From: an uncultured Acidimicrobiia bacterium
GTDB taxonomy: Bacteria; Actinomycetota; Acidimicrobiia; IMCC26256; JAENVU01
Direction: 5' to 3'
DNA: 64,000 nucleotides
Assembly (NCBI GenBank): GCA_963848485.1
Contig: CAWKDX010000009.1
Location: forward strand, 324,954-388,953
Shown here: positions 54,451 through 64,000 of the stretch, one piece after another
Position numbering within the stretch: the stretch's first letter is position 1
Layout: the number at the start of each line of letters is the position of its first letter
Program-made: the position numbers and the translations under genes
Notes under the pieces: model-generated
What the model saw: the letters and a program-made list of their open reading frames with translations, nothing else
Database searches by the model: none
Told to the model about the DNA's origin: nothing

Positions 54451-55095
54451 TCAGGTGGTGCGCGGCTCGGGGTCCACACCGAGCACGATCGATTGCGAGA
54501 GCGCGATGAACTCGTCGAGGCCGAACGTCTCGTCCGCGCCGGGCAGGCCGCCAGCCGCGGATCCAGAGGTCGGCGAGGCCGTGCATGGTCGTCCACATCA
54601 CCGACGCGAGGCGCGTGACGTCGACATCGGGGTGGAAGCCTTCGCGCTGTGCGGCCTCCACGATGTCCTGCAGCTGCAGGAACGACGTCGAGCGGACGCG
54701 TCGACGAAGGTCGGGTCGGCAACGTCGAGGCGCTCCGGTCGGAACATGACGGTGAAGACGCCCGGACTCGCGATCGCGAAGCTCACGTAGCCGCGACCCG
54801 CGGCCGCGAGCCGGTCGCGCGCGCTCGCGTCGTCGGGCCAGCGCATCGATCTGCGCGTCGACCGCGGCGATGAGCTCGTCGAAGCCCTGCGCCGCGACCG
54901 CCGCCAGCAGTGCCGCGAGCGTCGGGAAGTGGCGCAACGGCGCGCCGTGCGACACGCCGGCGCCCCGGGCGATGGCCCGCAGGGTCAGGCCGTCGAGGCC
55001 CTGCTCGTCGAGCATCGCCCTCGCCGAGTCGACCAGCCGGGCCGCGGTGGTCGTGCCGGGGCCGGCGGGGGCGCCGGCACGGTCTCGATCACCAT
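54451..55095 (-). CDS. TetR-family transcriptional regulator, about 3-4 frameshifts
   Basis: ATG 55095. HTH ..GLDGLTLRAIARGAGVSHGAPLRHFPT (ORF 54416..55015). ..RDRLAAAGRGYVSFAIASPGVFTVMF (ORF 54598..54846). ..MWTTMHGLADLW... End ..IVLGVDPEPRTT-TGA 54451-54453. Lies 31 nt upstream of the oxygenase gene on the same strand. Confidence 0.75.
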
Positions 55096-55132
55096 GTAGA
55101 CACTGTCTACCGATCGGTGGACAGTGTCAACC
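55096..55132. promoter_or_regulatory. Composite palindromic operator candidate abutting the TetR start codon
   Basis: GTAGACACTGTCTAC (55096-55110, perfect palindrome), CGATCG, then GTGGACAGTGTCAAC (55117-55131). The two 15-mers are also inverted repeats of each other (13/15). Located in the TetR / large-regulator divergent region. Confidence 0.6.
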
Positions 55133-55200
55133 GCCGCCGTTCTGGCGCCGACCGCTGCGCCGGTAGGCTCCAGGGCGGGATTCCGGGGACGAGCAGCGCG

Positions 55201-58200
55201 GTGGAGTGGGTCTCGACAGTGCGGGCAGCACGATCCGACACAGAGCCAATCCAGGGTGCAGACCCCGCATATCGGACGCTGCTGCCCTACGTCCCCCGGC
55301 TGACCGTCGACTGGGCCGACACCCGGCCCGGACCAGCCCGCCCAGACCATCGACGGGTCGCTGCTCTTCGTCGACATCTCCGGATTCACCAAGATGTCCG
55401 AGCGCCTGGCCCGCCACGGCAAGGTCGGCGCCGAAGAGGTGACCGACGCGATCGGTACCTGCTTCGAGGCCCTGCTCGAGGTCGCGTACCGGGCCGGCGG
55501 CGGTCTCCTGAAGTTCGGCGGCGACGCGCTCCTCCTGCTCTTCACCGGTCCCGAGCACGCCGAACGGGCCGCCGGCTCCGCGCTCGGCATGCAGACCCGG
55601 CTGGCCGACGTCGGGCGTCTCGACACGAGCGCCGGACGGGTCGTGCTGCGCATGTCCGCCGGCGTGCACACCGGGTCGTTCGCGTGCTTCCTCGTCGGCG
55701 AGTCGCACCGCGAGCTCCTCCTCGCCGGTTCTGCGGTCACGACCCTCACGGACATGGAAGGCGGTGCGAACGCGGGCCAGGTCGTGGTGAGCGAGGCGAC
55801 CGCGGCCGCGCTGCCCGCGAACGTCGTCGGCGAACGCCAGGGCGCCGGCTTCCGGCTCCGGCGGGTGCGCCGTCCGATCACGCCCGACCGCGACCGCACC
55901 GTCGCCCCGACCATCCGCGACGTCGACCTCACCCGCTACGTGCCGACCGCGATCCGGTCGCACCTGCTCTCGGGCGGCGAAGACCCCGAGCACCGTCAGG
56001 CCACCGTTGCGTTCCTGCACTTCGACGGCACCGACGAGCTGCTCGAGCGCGAGGGTCCGGAGTACGTCGCCGAAGCGCTGCACGAGCTCGTCGCCGACGC
56101 CCAGGCCGCGGCCGACGAGCACCAGGTCACCTTCCTCGGCACCGACATCGACCACGACGGCGGCAAGATCATCCTCGTCGCGGGCGTACCCCGGGCGATG
56201 GGTGAGGACGAGGAGCGCATGCTCGGCGCGGTGCGCCAGTATCGCCGACGGCAGCCGCCGTCTCGACGTCCGCATCGGCGTGCACCGCGGCCCGATCTTC
56301 GCCGGCGACGTCGGGCCCCGCTACCGCCGGACGTACACGGTCATGGGCGACACCGTGAACCTCGCGGCCCGCCTGATGGCCCGCGCCGAGCCCGGTCAGA
56401 TCCTCGCCACGAGCGCGGTGCTCGACCGGGCGCGCGCGTCGTTCGAGACCGAGGCGCTCGAGCCGTTCTACGTGAAGGGCAAGCGCAACCCGGTCGAGGC
56501 GTTCGCGGTCGGCGCGGTGCAGCGCCGGGTGGAGAACGCGGCCGCGGACCTGCCGCTCGTCGGCCGCGACGAGGAGATCGCCACGTTCACCGAAGCCCTG
56601 GAGGCGCTGACGACCGGCCACGGCCGGGCAATCGAGATCGTCGGCGACGCGGGCATCGGCAAGAGCCGGCTGATCGAGGAGCTGCGCGCCCGGCGCCGGC
56701 GACCTCCCGACGTTCGTCATCGCGTGCGACCCGTACGAGGCGACCACGCCGTACGCGCCGTTCTGGTGGCTCCTCCACGATCTGCTCGGGCTTGCTCGAG
56801 ACCGCGGCCCCCGAGCAGATCAGCGAGCGACTCCGCGCACTCGTCGACGAGAAGTGCCCCGAGCTGCTTCCCTGGCTCCCGCTGCTCGGCACCCCGCTCG
56901 ACGTCGACATCCCGGACACTCCCGACACCGCGCGCGCTCGCACCCGAGTTCCGGCGCGAGCGCGTCGAGCAGACCATGGCGATCTTCCTCGACCGCGCCC
57001 TGCCGGTCGGGGTGCTCGTGGTGCTCGAGGACGCGCACTGGATGGACGAGGCGTCGTGCGGAGTCCTCCGGATCATCGTCGACAACCTCGCGTCGCGGCC
57101 GGCGATCATCTGCACCACCCGCCGCAACCTGGACACCGGCTTCGTCGCGCCGGACCACCCGCACGTCCGGAGCCTGCGCCCGGCGCCGCTCACCCCGGAG
57201 CAGGCGTCGGCCGCGCTCGTCGCCGCGACCGAGGACTCACCGCTGCGGCCGCACGAGATCGCGACCCTCATCGAGCGCGCCGCCGGCAACCCGCTGTTCC
57301 TCGCCGAGCTGATGCAGGCCGCGTCGCGCGACCGGCATGGTCGACGCACTCCCCGACTCCATCGACGCAGTGATCACGGCACAGATCGACCGACTGCCCG
57401 ACCACGCAGCGCAAGCTGCTGCGGTACGCGTCGGTGCTCGGCCACACCTTCCGGGTCGACGAGCTCGAGCGGCTGGTCTCGGACGAGCTCCCGACGCCCG
57501 ACGAGGCCACCTGGCGCAGCCTCGACAGCTTCCTCGGCTTCGTCGGCAGCGACGTCGTGCGGTTCCGGCACGCAATGCTGCGCGACACCGCCTACGAGGA
57601 GCTGCCGTTCCGCCGGCGTCGCGAGCTCCACGCCCGGGCCGGCGACGCCATCGCACTCGCGAATGGCGACCACCCGGAGACGGAGGCCGAGCTCCTCTCA
57701 CTGCACTTCTTCCACGCGCAGCGGTATCGCCGAGGCGTGGCGGTTCGCGCGCATCGCCGGCACCCGGGCGCAGGACAAGTACGCGAACGTCGAAGCCGCG
57801 GAGTTCTTCGAACGCGCGCTGGCGGCATCGCGCCGCGTCCCGGATCTCGACCCGAGCGAGGTCGCCGAGATCTGGGAGGCGCTCGGTGACGTTCGCGAAC
57901 GCTCCGGTTTCCTCGACCGGGCGCTCGGCGCGTACCGCAACGCCCGGAAGGTGCGCGCCGGCGACGCGGCCGGCGAAGCGGGGTTGCTCCTCAAGGAGGC
58001 GTGGATCTCCGAGTCGGACGGCCGCCTCTCCAACGCGGTGCGCATCGTGCGGCGCGGCTACCAGCGGATCGACGAGCTCCCCACCGGAGCAGGTCGCGGG
58101 CGTGCGGGCCAGCCTCACCGCGTTCTACGCCGCGGTGCGCGCGGGTCAGGGACGGTTCCGGGAAGCGGTGGCCGCCGGCCTGGAGGCGATCAACGAGGCT

Positions 58201-59115
58201 GCAGCCTCCGCGAACCTCGAGGCCGAGGCCCACGCCGAGCTTCATCCTCGACTGGGCGTACTTCTTGCTCGGCCACCCCGAGCAGGCCGTGCACTCGGCG
58301 CGGGCGCTCGAGATCTACGAAGCGCTCGGCAACTTCGACCGGCAGGCCGTCGTCCTGAACAACCTCGGCGGGTTCGCGTACTACGAGGGTCGGTGGGACG
58401 ACGCGATCGACGCTCTACGAGCAGGGCCGGAACATCCGGCTGCGGACCGGCAACGCGGTCGAGGCGGCGTTCGTCTCCTGCAACATCGGCGAGGTGCTGA
58501 CCGACCAGGGTCGACTCGACGAAGCCGGCGCGTGCTTCCGCGACGCGCTGCGCGTCGCACGCGCCGCCGGCAAGCCGTACGTCGCCGCGACCGCAACCCA
58601 GCACCTCGGCCGCGTGCGCGATGCTCGGCGGCGAGCCCGAGCGCGGGCTCGAGCTCCTCAACGACGCGCGGGAGCAGTTCGACTCGATGGGCAACTCCGA
58701 TGACGTCTCCGAGGTCGACGTGCTCCTCGCCGAGTGCCATCTCCTGCTCGGCGACCCGGCCCGCTCACTCGAGATCGTCGCCGCGACCAGCGCGACGAAC
58801 CCGACCCGCCTGCCCACCCTCGAGCGGACCCGCGGTCGAGCCCTCCAGGCGCTCGGCGACCTCGACGGGGCCAGCGAGGCCTTCGCCGGGAGCCTGGCCG
58901 AGGCCCGCGAGCAGGACGCGCGCTACGAAGTGGCCCGAACCCTCGACGCGCTGACGCACCTCGACGTGCTCCGCGGTGACATCGCCACCGCGGAGCATCA
59001 CGAGACCGAGAGCGCCGAGCTCTTCGCGCGGCTCGGGATCCGGGTCGAGCCCGGCGACCGGGTCATCGACGTCCGAACTTCGGATCTCCCGACAACAGCA
59101 GCACTTCGAACGTAA
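55201..59115 (+). CDS. Large multidomain regulator: two tandem class-III cyclase-homology domains + AAA/STAND-type ATPase + TPR-like C-terminal repeats, more than 10 frameshifts
   Basis: GTG 55201. CHD1 ..LLFVDISGFTKMSERL..LLKFGGDALLLLF..RMSAGVHTG. CHD2 ..ATVAFLHFDGTDELL..DVRIGVHRGPIFAGDVG..YTVMGDTVNLAARL. P-loop ..IEIVGDAGIGKSRLIEEL, ..VLVVLEDAHWMDEAS. Helical repeats ..NLGGFAYYEGRWDDAI..NIGEVLTDQGRLDEA.. to TAA 59113-59115 (ORFs 54910.., 55394.., 56007.., 57337.., 57434.., 58001.., 58621..). Confidence 0.75.
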
Positions 59116-61517
59116 CGTCGCCGTGGCGGTCCACCGAGCGTGCGTTGACGCACGGCGACGGGCTCGCGACGCCGCTGTGCGGACCCAAGTGGCTGCGCAG
59201 GTGCCGCAGGAACCAGAACAGCCACGACCACCAGCCACGGAGCTCGTGGTGGTGCCGATCGAAGCGCGGAGGAGCTGTGCAGTCGGGCACGGTCACGACC
59301 GGGCCGCCCTCCGCCTTCTGGACGTACAGCGTCGAGAAGATCCCGCGACCCGCGACCGAGCGGTCCCACGTGATCTTGAGCGACGCCGGCTGCTGGGGGT
59401 CGTTGTAGCCCGCGAACGGGCTGACGAACGCGGTCTTCCCGCTGCATCGCCGCCCGCCGCAGAACGCTGAGCGTGGCGTCGTTCTCGGCCAGCAGGGAGA
59501 TCGGCGTGCCCGGGCCGGAGTTCGGGAGGCTGAAGCTGATGATCGTGTTGTCCTGGGGCGTCGCGGTCGTGCCGGTCGCGAGCGTGCCGCCCGGCGGGAC
59601 GTAACCGGAGGCCTGGCCCGGCGTCCTCGCCTCGACCGTCACGGACGAGCCGACCGCAGCGATGGCACCGGTCTGATCCGAGGTCCCCGTCGCGGTCGTC
59701 GTGACGGTCCCGCCCGGCGGGACCGCCCCGGGCACGGTGACGACGGCCCGGATGGTCGCGTTCGCACCGCCGTCGATCACGCCGAGGTGGCAGGTCACCG
59801 TCGTGCCGACCGGAGCATCGCAGGTCCCCTGACTTGCGGTGACCGGGCCCAGGCTCGAGCCCGACTGCGGCGTCACGGTCACGTCGACCCCGCTCAACGG
59901 CGTCGCGCCCGTGTTCGTCGCGGTCACCGTGGTCAGCGCCTGCCCGCCGGTCGTCACCACCGGCGGCTCGGACGTGCTGGTGATCTCGAGGTTGCCCGTG
60001 ACGACCGGGGTCCAGGTCTTGGTGACGTCGTTGGAGTTGACGGTGGTCTCACCGTCAACCGCCGACGCACGGATCGTGTCGGTGCCGGCAGTCGGACCAC
60101 CCGTGTAGGTGAAGCTCGCGGTACCGGAAGCGTCCGTTGTCGCGTTCCCGGTGGTTCCCGAGTTCGGGCCTGAGATCACCGAGAACGACACCGGGACGCC
60201 CGCTTCCGGAGCCCCGTTGCGGGACGCGGTGGCGGTGACGGTGTGGCTCGTGCCCACCGGGTTCGTCGCCGTTGCCGGCGTGAGTGCGATGACCAACGGG
60301 GCGGCCACCCCGGTCACGGTGACCGGAGCGGTCGGGCCCGTCGGGGCGACGGTGTAGCCGGCCGCGGTCGCGCTCGCTTCGTTCGTGTACGTCCCGGCGG
60401 CCGACGACGCGGTCACTCCGAAGTGGAGTGATGCCGTGCCCGTCGCGGGCACCGAGATGCCGGTCCAGGTCAGCTCCTGTCCGACGACCGTCGGGTTCGC
60501 GGTGGTCGCGCCCGTGGTCGAGCCCGGCGTGTAGGTGAAGCCGGCCGGCAGGTCGTCGACCACCGAGTCGAGCGGCACTGCGACCGGGTTCGGATTGGTG
60601 GCGGTGATCGTGTAGCCGTCCGCCCCGCCGGGACCGACCGAGCCCGCGTCCGCGGCCTTCGTGAGCGCCAGCGGAAGCTGGCCGAGCGGCGAGAACGTGA
60701 TGAGCGACGAGACGGTCGTCGAACCCGAAGCGGGCACGTTCACGTCCCAGCTCAGGCCTGCACCGTTGTCGATGTTGGACGTGCAGAGGCAGGTGTTGGG
60801 GAACGGCTGCATCGCGGCGATCGTCGACCACACGGTCGAGTACCCCGACTCCAGGTAGGAGCTGCCGGCGGTCAGCGGGAACCACTGCTCGATGCGGCTG
60901 CCCGCTTCGAGACCCGTGGTGCACGCCACCGCGCCGGTCGCGGTGTCGACCGCGCCGAACCCCAAGTCCGAGCTCTGCAGGTAGCAGTCGCCCGCGCGGT
61001 AGACCCGCACCGACTTCGCGGTGCCGCTCGAGTTCGTGACGACGACGTCGGTCCGGTAGGACTCGAGACCCGTCACGTAGCTGTCGGTCTCGGTGATGCC
61101 GACTCCGGTGGCACCCGCGGCCACCGTGGTGACGACCTTGAACGGGTCGGCGTCGGTGCCGGATCCGGTCGGCCCGGTCTGGCTGACGGCCGTGAAGGGC
61201 GTCGTCGACGGCTGCCCGGCCGGGACCGACGCCGGGCTGAAGTACATCGTGCCGTCGACGACGATGAAGGTTCCGCACGCGGTGTCGCCGAAGAACTCAC
61301 CCGCGGTGTCGCCGGTGTAGTTCACCGAGCAGTTGAGCTGATCGCTGACCCCGACCGCGGTGAGTGGCCCGGTGCTGGTGATCGTCGCGGTCGCGGCGCT
61401 GGCGCTGCTCGCACCGAGCACGACGACCAGCGGCATCAACACCGCGACCAATGCCACCGCGATGACCGATTTCACCCCGCGTTGCCCGTGCAGCTTGCCC
61501 CGAATGATGCGCCTCAT
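59063..61517 (-). CDS. Large secreted surface/adhesin-like protein with DUF11-type repeats and a bacterial Ig-like (Big_1-like) domain; C-terminus unresolved
   Basis: ATG 61517. Signal peptide ..VIAVALVAVLMPLVVVLGASSASA. ..LTKAADAGSVGPGGADGYTITATNPNPVAVPLDSVVDDLPAGFTY.. and ..VTATNTGATPLSGVDVTVTP..TVTCHLGVIDGGANATIRAVVTV (DUF11-like). ..TSHTVTATASRNGAPEAGVPVSFSVISGPNSGTTGNATTDASGTASFTYTG (Ig-like). The frame is continuous from 61517 to ~59460, then at least one shift (ORF 59063..59296 continues ..VVTVPDCTAPP..). Confidence 0.7.
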
Positions 61518-61671
61518 GCCCTGCCTCCCACGGCCTACAGCAATCGCGGGACCTTAGAACGAAAACCGTCGGCCTTGTGAAGACCTCTCACCACCGTGCG
61601 TGCCCATCTGGGCGGGATCTGCCGGCAAAACCCGGTCAAGTCGGCCAGGGCAGGCGCCGATCCACCCGGGG

Positions 61672-62061
61672 ATGGGGCTCCGAGAGAAGACGCTGAACGG
61701 CTACAAGCTCGAACCTTTCGCGAACCTGCAGGGGGCGCAGCTCCAGCGCGCCCGCCTGGGCGGGATGAACCTCTACAGCGTGAACTTCCGTGGCGCCGAC
61801 CTGAGCGAGGCCGACCTCCGCGGGGCGTACCTCGCCGAGTGCCAGCTGACCGGCGCCGTGCTGACCGCCTGCGACATGAGCGGGGCGAACCTCTCGGGTG
61901 CGACCCTCCAACGGGCGATCATGAATGGCGTGGACCTCAGCCTGGCCAACCTGCGCAACGCGGACTTCACCGGTGCGCACATGTACGGCGCCGACCTGCG
62001 GGGGGCGAAGTTCTGCAAGACCACGATGCCCGACCTCCGCGTCAACAGCTCCGGTTGTTGA
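61672..62061 (+). CDS. Pentapeptide-repeat protein
   Basis: ORF 61600..62061; the likely start is ATG 61672 (MGLREKTLNGYKLEPF). Consecutive A(D/N)LxG-type pentapeptides: ANLQGAQLQRARLGGMNLYSVNFRGADLSEADLRGAYLAECQLTGAVLTACDMSGANLSGATLQRAIMNGVDLSLANLRNADFTGAHMYGADLRGAKF. Confidence 0.85.
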   Translation: MGLREKTLNGYKLEPFANLQGAQLQRARLGGMNLYSVNFRGADLSEADLRGAYLAECQLTGAVLTACDMSGANLSGATLQRAIMNGVDLSLANLRNADFTGAHMYGADLRGAKFCKTTMPDLRVNSSGC

Positions 62062-62127
62062 CGAGACCACGCGGCTCGGCGATCGACCTCCGGAGAACTC
62101 GAGCAATCAGTAGGTAGCCTGCGGCGG

Positions 62128-63733
62128 ATGTCCGATTGGAGCTTCGCCCGGGTCTGGGATGCGATCGCCGCAGCCGCGCCCGACCGCGACGCGCTGGTCT
62201 GCGGGCCGGTCCGGCGCACGTTCGGCGAGCTCGAGTACCGGGCCTGCGGCCTCGCGAGCTGGCTGTGGGACCAGGGGGTCCGGCCCAACGACAAGGTCGC
62301 GATCAACCTCACCAACCGTCCTGAATACCTCGAGACGTTCTACGCGGCGAGCAAGATCGGTGCGGTGCCCGTCAACGTCAACTACCGCTACGGCGTCGAG
62401 GAGATCAGGTACCTCATCGACGACAGCGACGCGAAGGTCGTCGTGACCGAGCCCGCCTTCGCAAAGGACACGCGCAAGGCCGCGCGTCAGCTCGGCCGCC
62501 GGTACGGCAAGAAGTTCGAGGCGCGGCGTCATCGAGATCGGCGACGCGCTCGAGGCGGCGATCGCGGGGGCGGGTGACGTGCAGCCGTGGCGCGCGCGCG
62601 TGCCGAGTGGCGACGACCTCATGTTCCTCTACACCGGGGGAACGACCGGCATGCCCAAGGGCGTCATGTGGCGCAACGACGACCTCTACGTCGCGCTGTG
62701 GCAGATGGGCCGGCCCGGCACCGAGCCGCCGGATCCGCTCGAGACCATCCACGCCGGCAAGCGGGCCGCGACCGCGCTCCCGGCCTGCCCGCTCATGCAC
62801 GGCACCGGCCTCTTCATCACCCTCTCGACGCTCGCCGGTGGCGGGACCGTCGTCTTGATCGACCGGGTCGGCCTGGACGCCTCGCTCATCTGGAGCGAGG
62901 TCGAGCGCAACGCGGTGCAGGTGCTCACGATCGTCGGCGACGTGTTCGCCCGGCCGTTGCTCGCGGCGCTCGACGCCGAACCGGACCGGTGGGATCTCTC
63001 GAACCTGAGGGCGATCACGTCGAGCGGTGTGACGTGGAGCCCGGAGGTCAAGCGTGCACTGCTCGACCACCTTCCAAGGGTCACGATGCTCGACTCGCTC
63101 GGCGCATCGGAAGGCCTCATGAGCCGCGCCGCGGCCAAGGCCGGCGACGCGGAGATCGCGGCCGCCCGCTTTGCGGTGAACGACCGGGTCAAGGTCGTCA
63201 CCGAGGACGGACGCGAGGTCGCTCGTGGCACCGAGGAAGTCGGCATGGTCGCGGTCGGGGGGCGGATCCCGCTCGGCTACTACAAGGACCCTGAGAAGAC
63301 CGCGCAGACCTTCCGCATCGTGGACGGCGTCCGCTACTCGATCCCCGGTGACTACGCGACCGTCGACGCGGACGGCACCGTGCGACTCCTCGGGCGCGGA
63401 TCCGCGACCGTCAACACCGGCGGCGAGAAGGTGTACCCGGAGGAGATCGAGATCACGCTCCGCAAGAACAAGGGCGTCTTCGACTGCGTCGTGGTCGGCG
63501 TGCCCGACGCTCGGTTCGGCGAGACGGTCATTGCCCTCGTCCAGGTCGCCGACGGCTATTACACCGACGAACCCGAGCTCCAGGCGTTCTGCCGGAGCAG
63601 CGGACTCGCCGGCTACAAGATCCCGCGTCGCATCCTCTTCACAGACACGCTGCGACGCGCGCCCAACGGCAAGGCCGACTACAAGCTTCTGCGCGAGATG
63701 GCCGCAGACCTACTCAGCGTGACCGGAGACTGA
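62128..63733 (+). CDS. AMP-dependent acyl-CoA synthetase/ligase (FadD-like), 1-2 frameshifts near 62490-62575
   Basis: MSDWSFARVWDAIAAAAPDRDALV.. (ORF 62128..62577), then ..LMFLYTGGTTGMPKGVMW (AMP-binding P-loop) ..GDYATVDADGTVRLLGRGS..NTGGEKVYPEEIE..IPRRILFTDTLRRAPNGKADY (ORF 62579..63733). Confidence 0.85.
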
Positions 63734-64000
63734 TGGCCGACCACTTCGTGATCGACGGATCGAACTTGGCGACCGAGGGACGCACCGAGCCCAGCCTCGC
63801 CCAGCTGAAGGAAGCCGTCGCGGCGTTCTACGGGGAACACCCGGGTGCCGTCGCGACGGTGGTCGTCGACGCGAGCTTCGAACACCGCATCGATCCGTCC
63901 GAGCGAGCAGCGTTCGGGCAGACCGAAGCCGCGGGTGAGGTCGTGTCCCCGCCGGCCGGCGCGGTCGGACGCGGCGACGGGTTCCTGTTGCAGATCGCGG
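63733..64000 (+). CDS. NYN/PIN-like (Zc3h12a-type RNase-like) domain protein, 3' end outside window
   Basis: ATG 63733 overlaps the preceding TGA (TGATG). MADHFVIDGSNLATEGRTEPSLAQLKEAVAAFYGEHPGAVATVVVDASFEHRIDPSE..VVSPPAGAVGRGDGFLLQIA is open to the window edge. Family assignment is from recalled NYN-like motifs only. Confidence 0.5.
   Translation, partial: MADHFVIDGSNLATEGRTEPSLAQLKEAVAAFYGEHPGAVATVVVDASFEHRIDPSERAAFGQTEAAGEVVSPPAGAVGRGDGFLLQIA

Overview
Very G+C-rich (about 70% or more by eye) chromosomal segment with actinobacterial hallmarks: F420/LLM-type oxidoreductases, a DUF222-HNH gene behind a mycobacterial-type SOS box, class-I xylose isomerase, b558-type sdhCAB and a PASTA kinase homologue. 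I reconstruct about 55 protein genes. I found no rRNA, tRNA, CRISPR array, transposase or integrase. The six-frame track is misleading here. Nearly every gene needs one or more frame changes to give a sensible protein, including sdhA and sdhB, while motifs, GC3 bias and operon-junction overlaps (GTGA/ATGA) stay intact. I therefore read most interruptions as indel-type sequence errors and report reconstructed gene spans, with approximate frameshift positions. Content in order: LLM oxidoreductase, MetF-like reductase, DUF222-HNH, ChlI-like ATPase plus VWA protein, GH2, sdhCAB, a MauE/thioredoxin/Cys-rich Tat-protein cluster, cbs plus cystathionine gamma-lyase, xylBA, hydrolases, two family-III CoA-transferases, acyltransferase, GAF protein, GNAT plus GH20, a herA-sbcD-sbcC-nurA operon, an ABC exporter, several oxidoreductases, a PASTA pseudokinase, TauD, SnoaL, carotenoid oxygenase plus TetR, a large tandem-cyclase/ATPase/TPR regulator, a large surface protein, a pentapeptide protein, an acyl-CoA synthetase and a NYN-like gene. 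Most noteworthy are: (1) an orphan MauA-light-chain-like, 24-Cys Tat-exported protein with MauE- and MauD/TlpA-like partners but no dehydrogenase heavy chain; (2) an archaeal-style, translationally coupled HerA-Mre11-Rad50-NurA operon with an atypical HerA P-loop; (3) a ~50-nt intergenic repeat family with a perfect 53-bp tandem duplication in the sdhC leader, and a separate 39-bp perfect direct repeat between sdhB and the Cys-rich gene; (4) a PASTA kinase homologue lacking the catalytic motifs. All family assignments come from motif recognition by eye. No searches were run.
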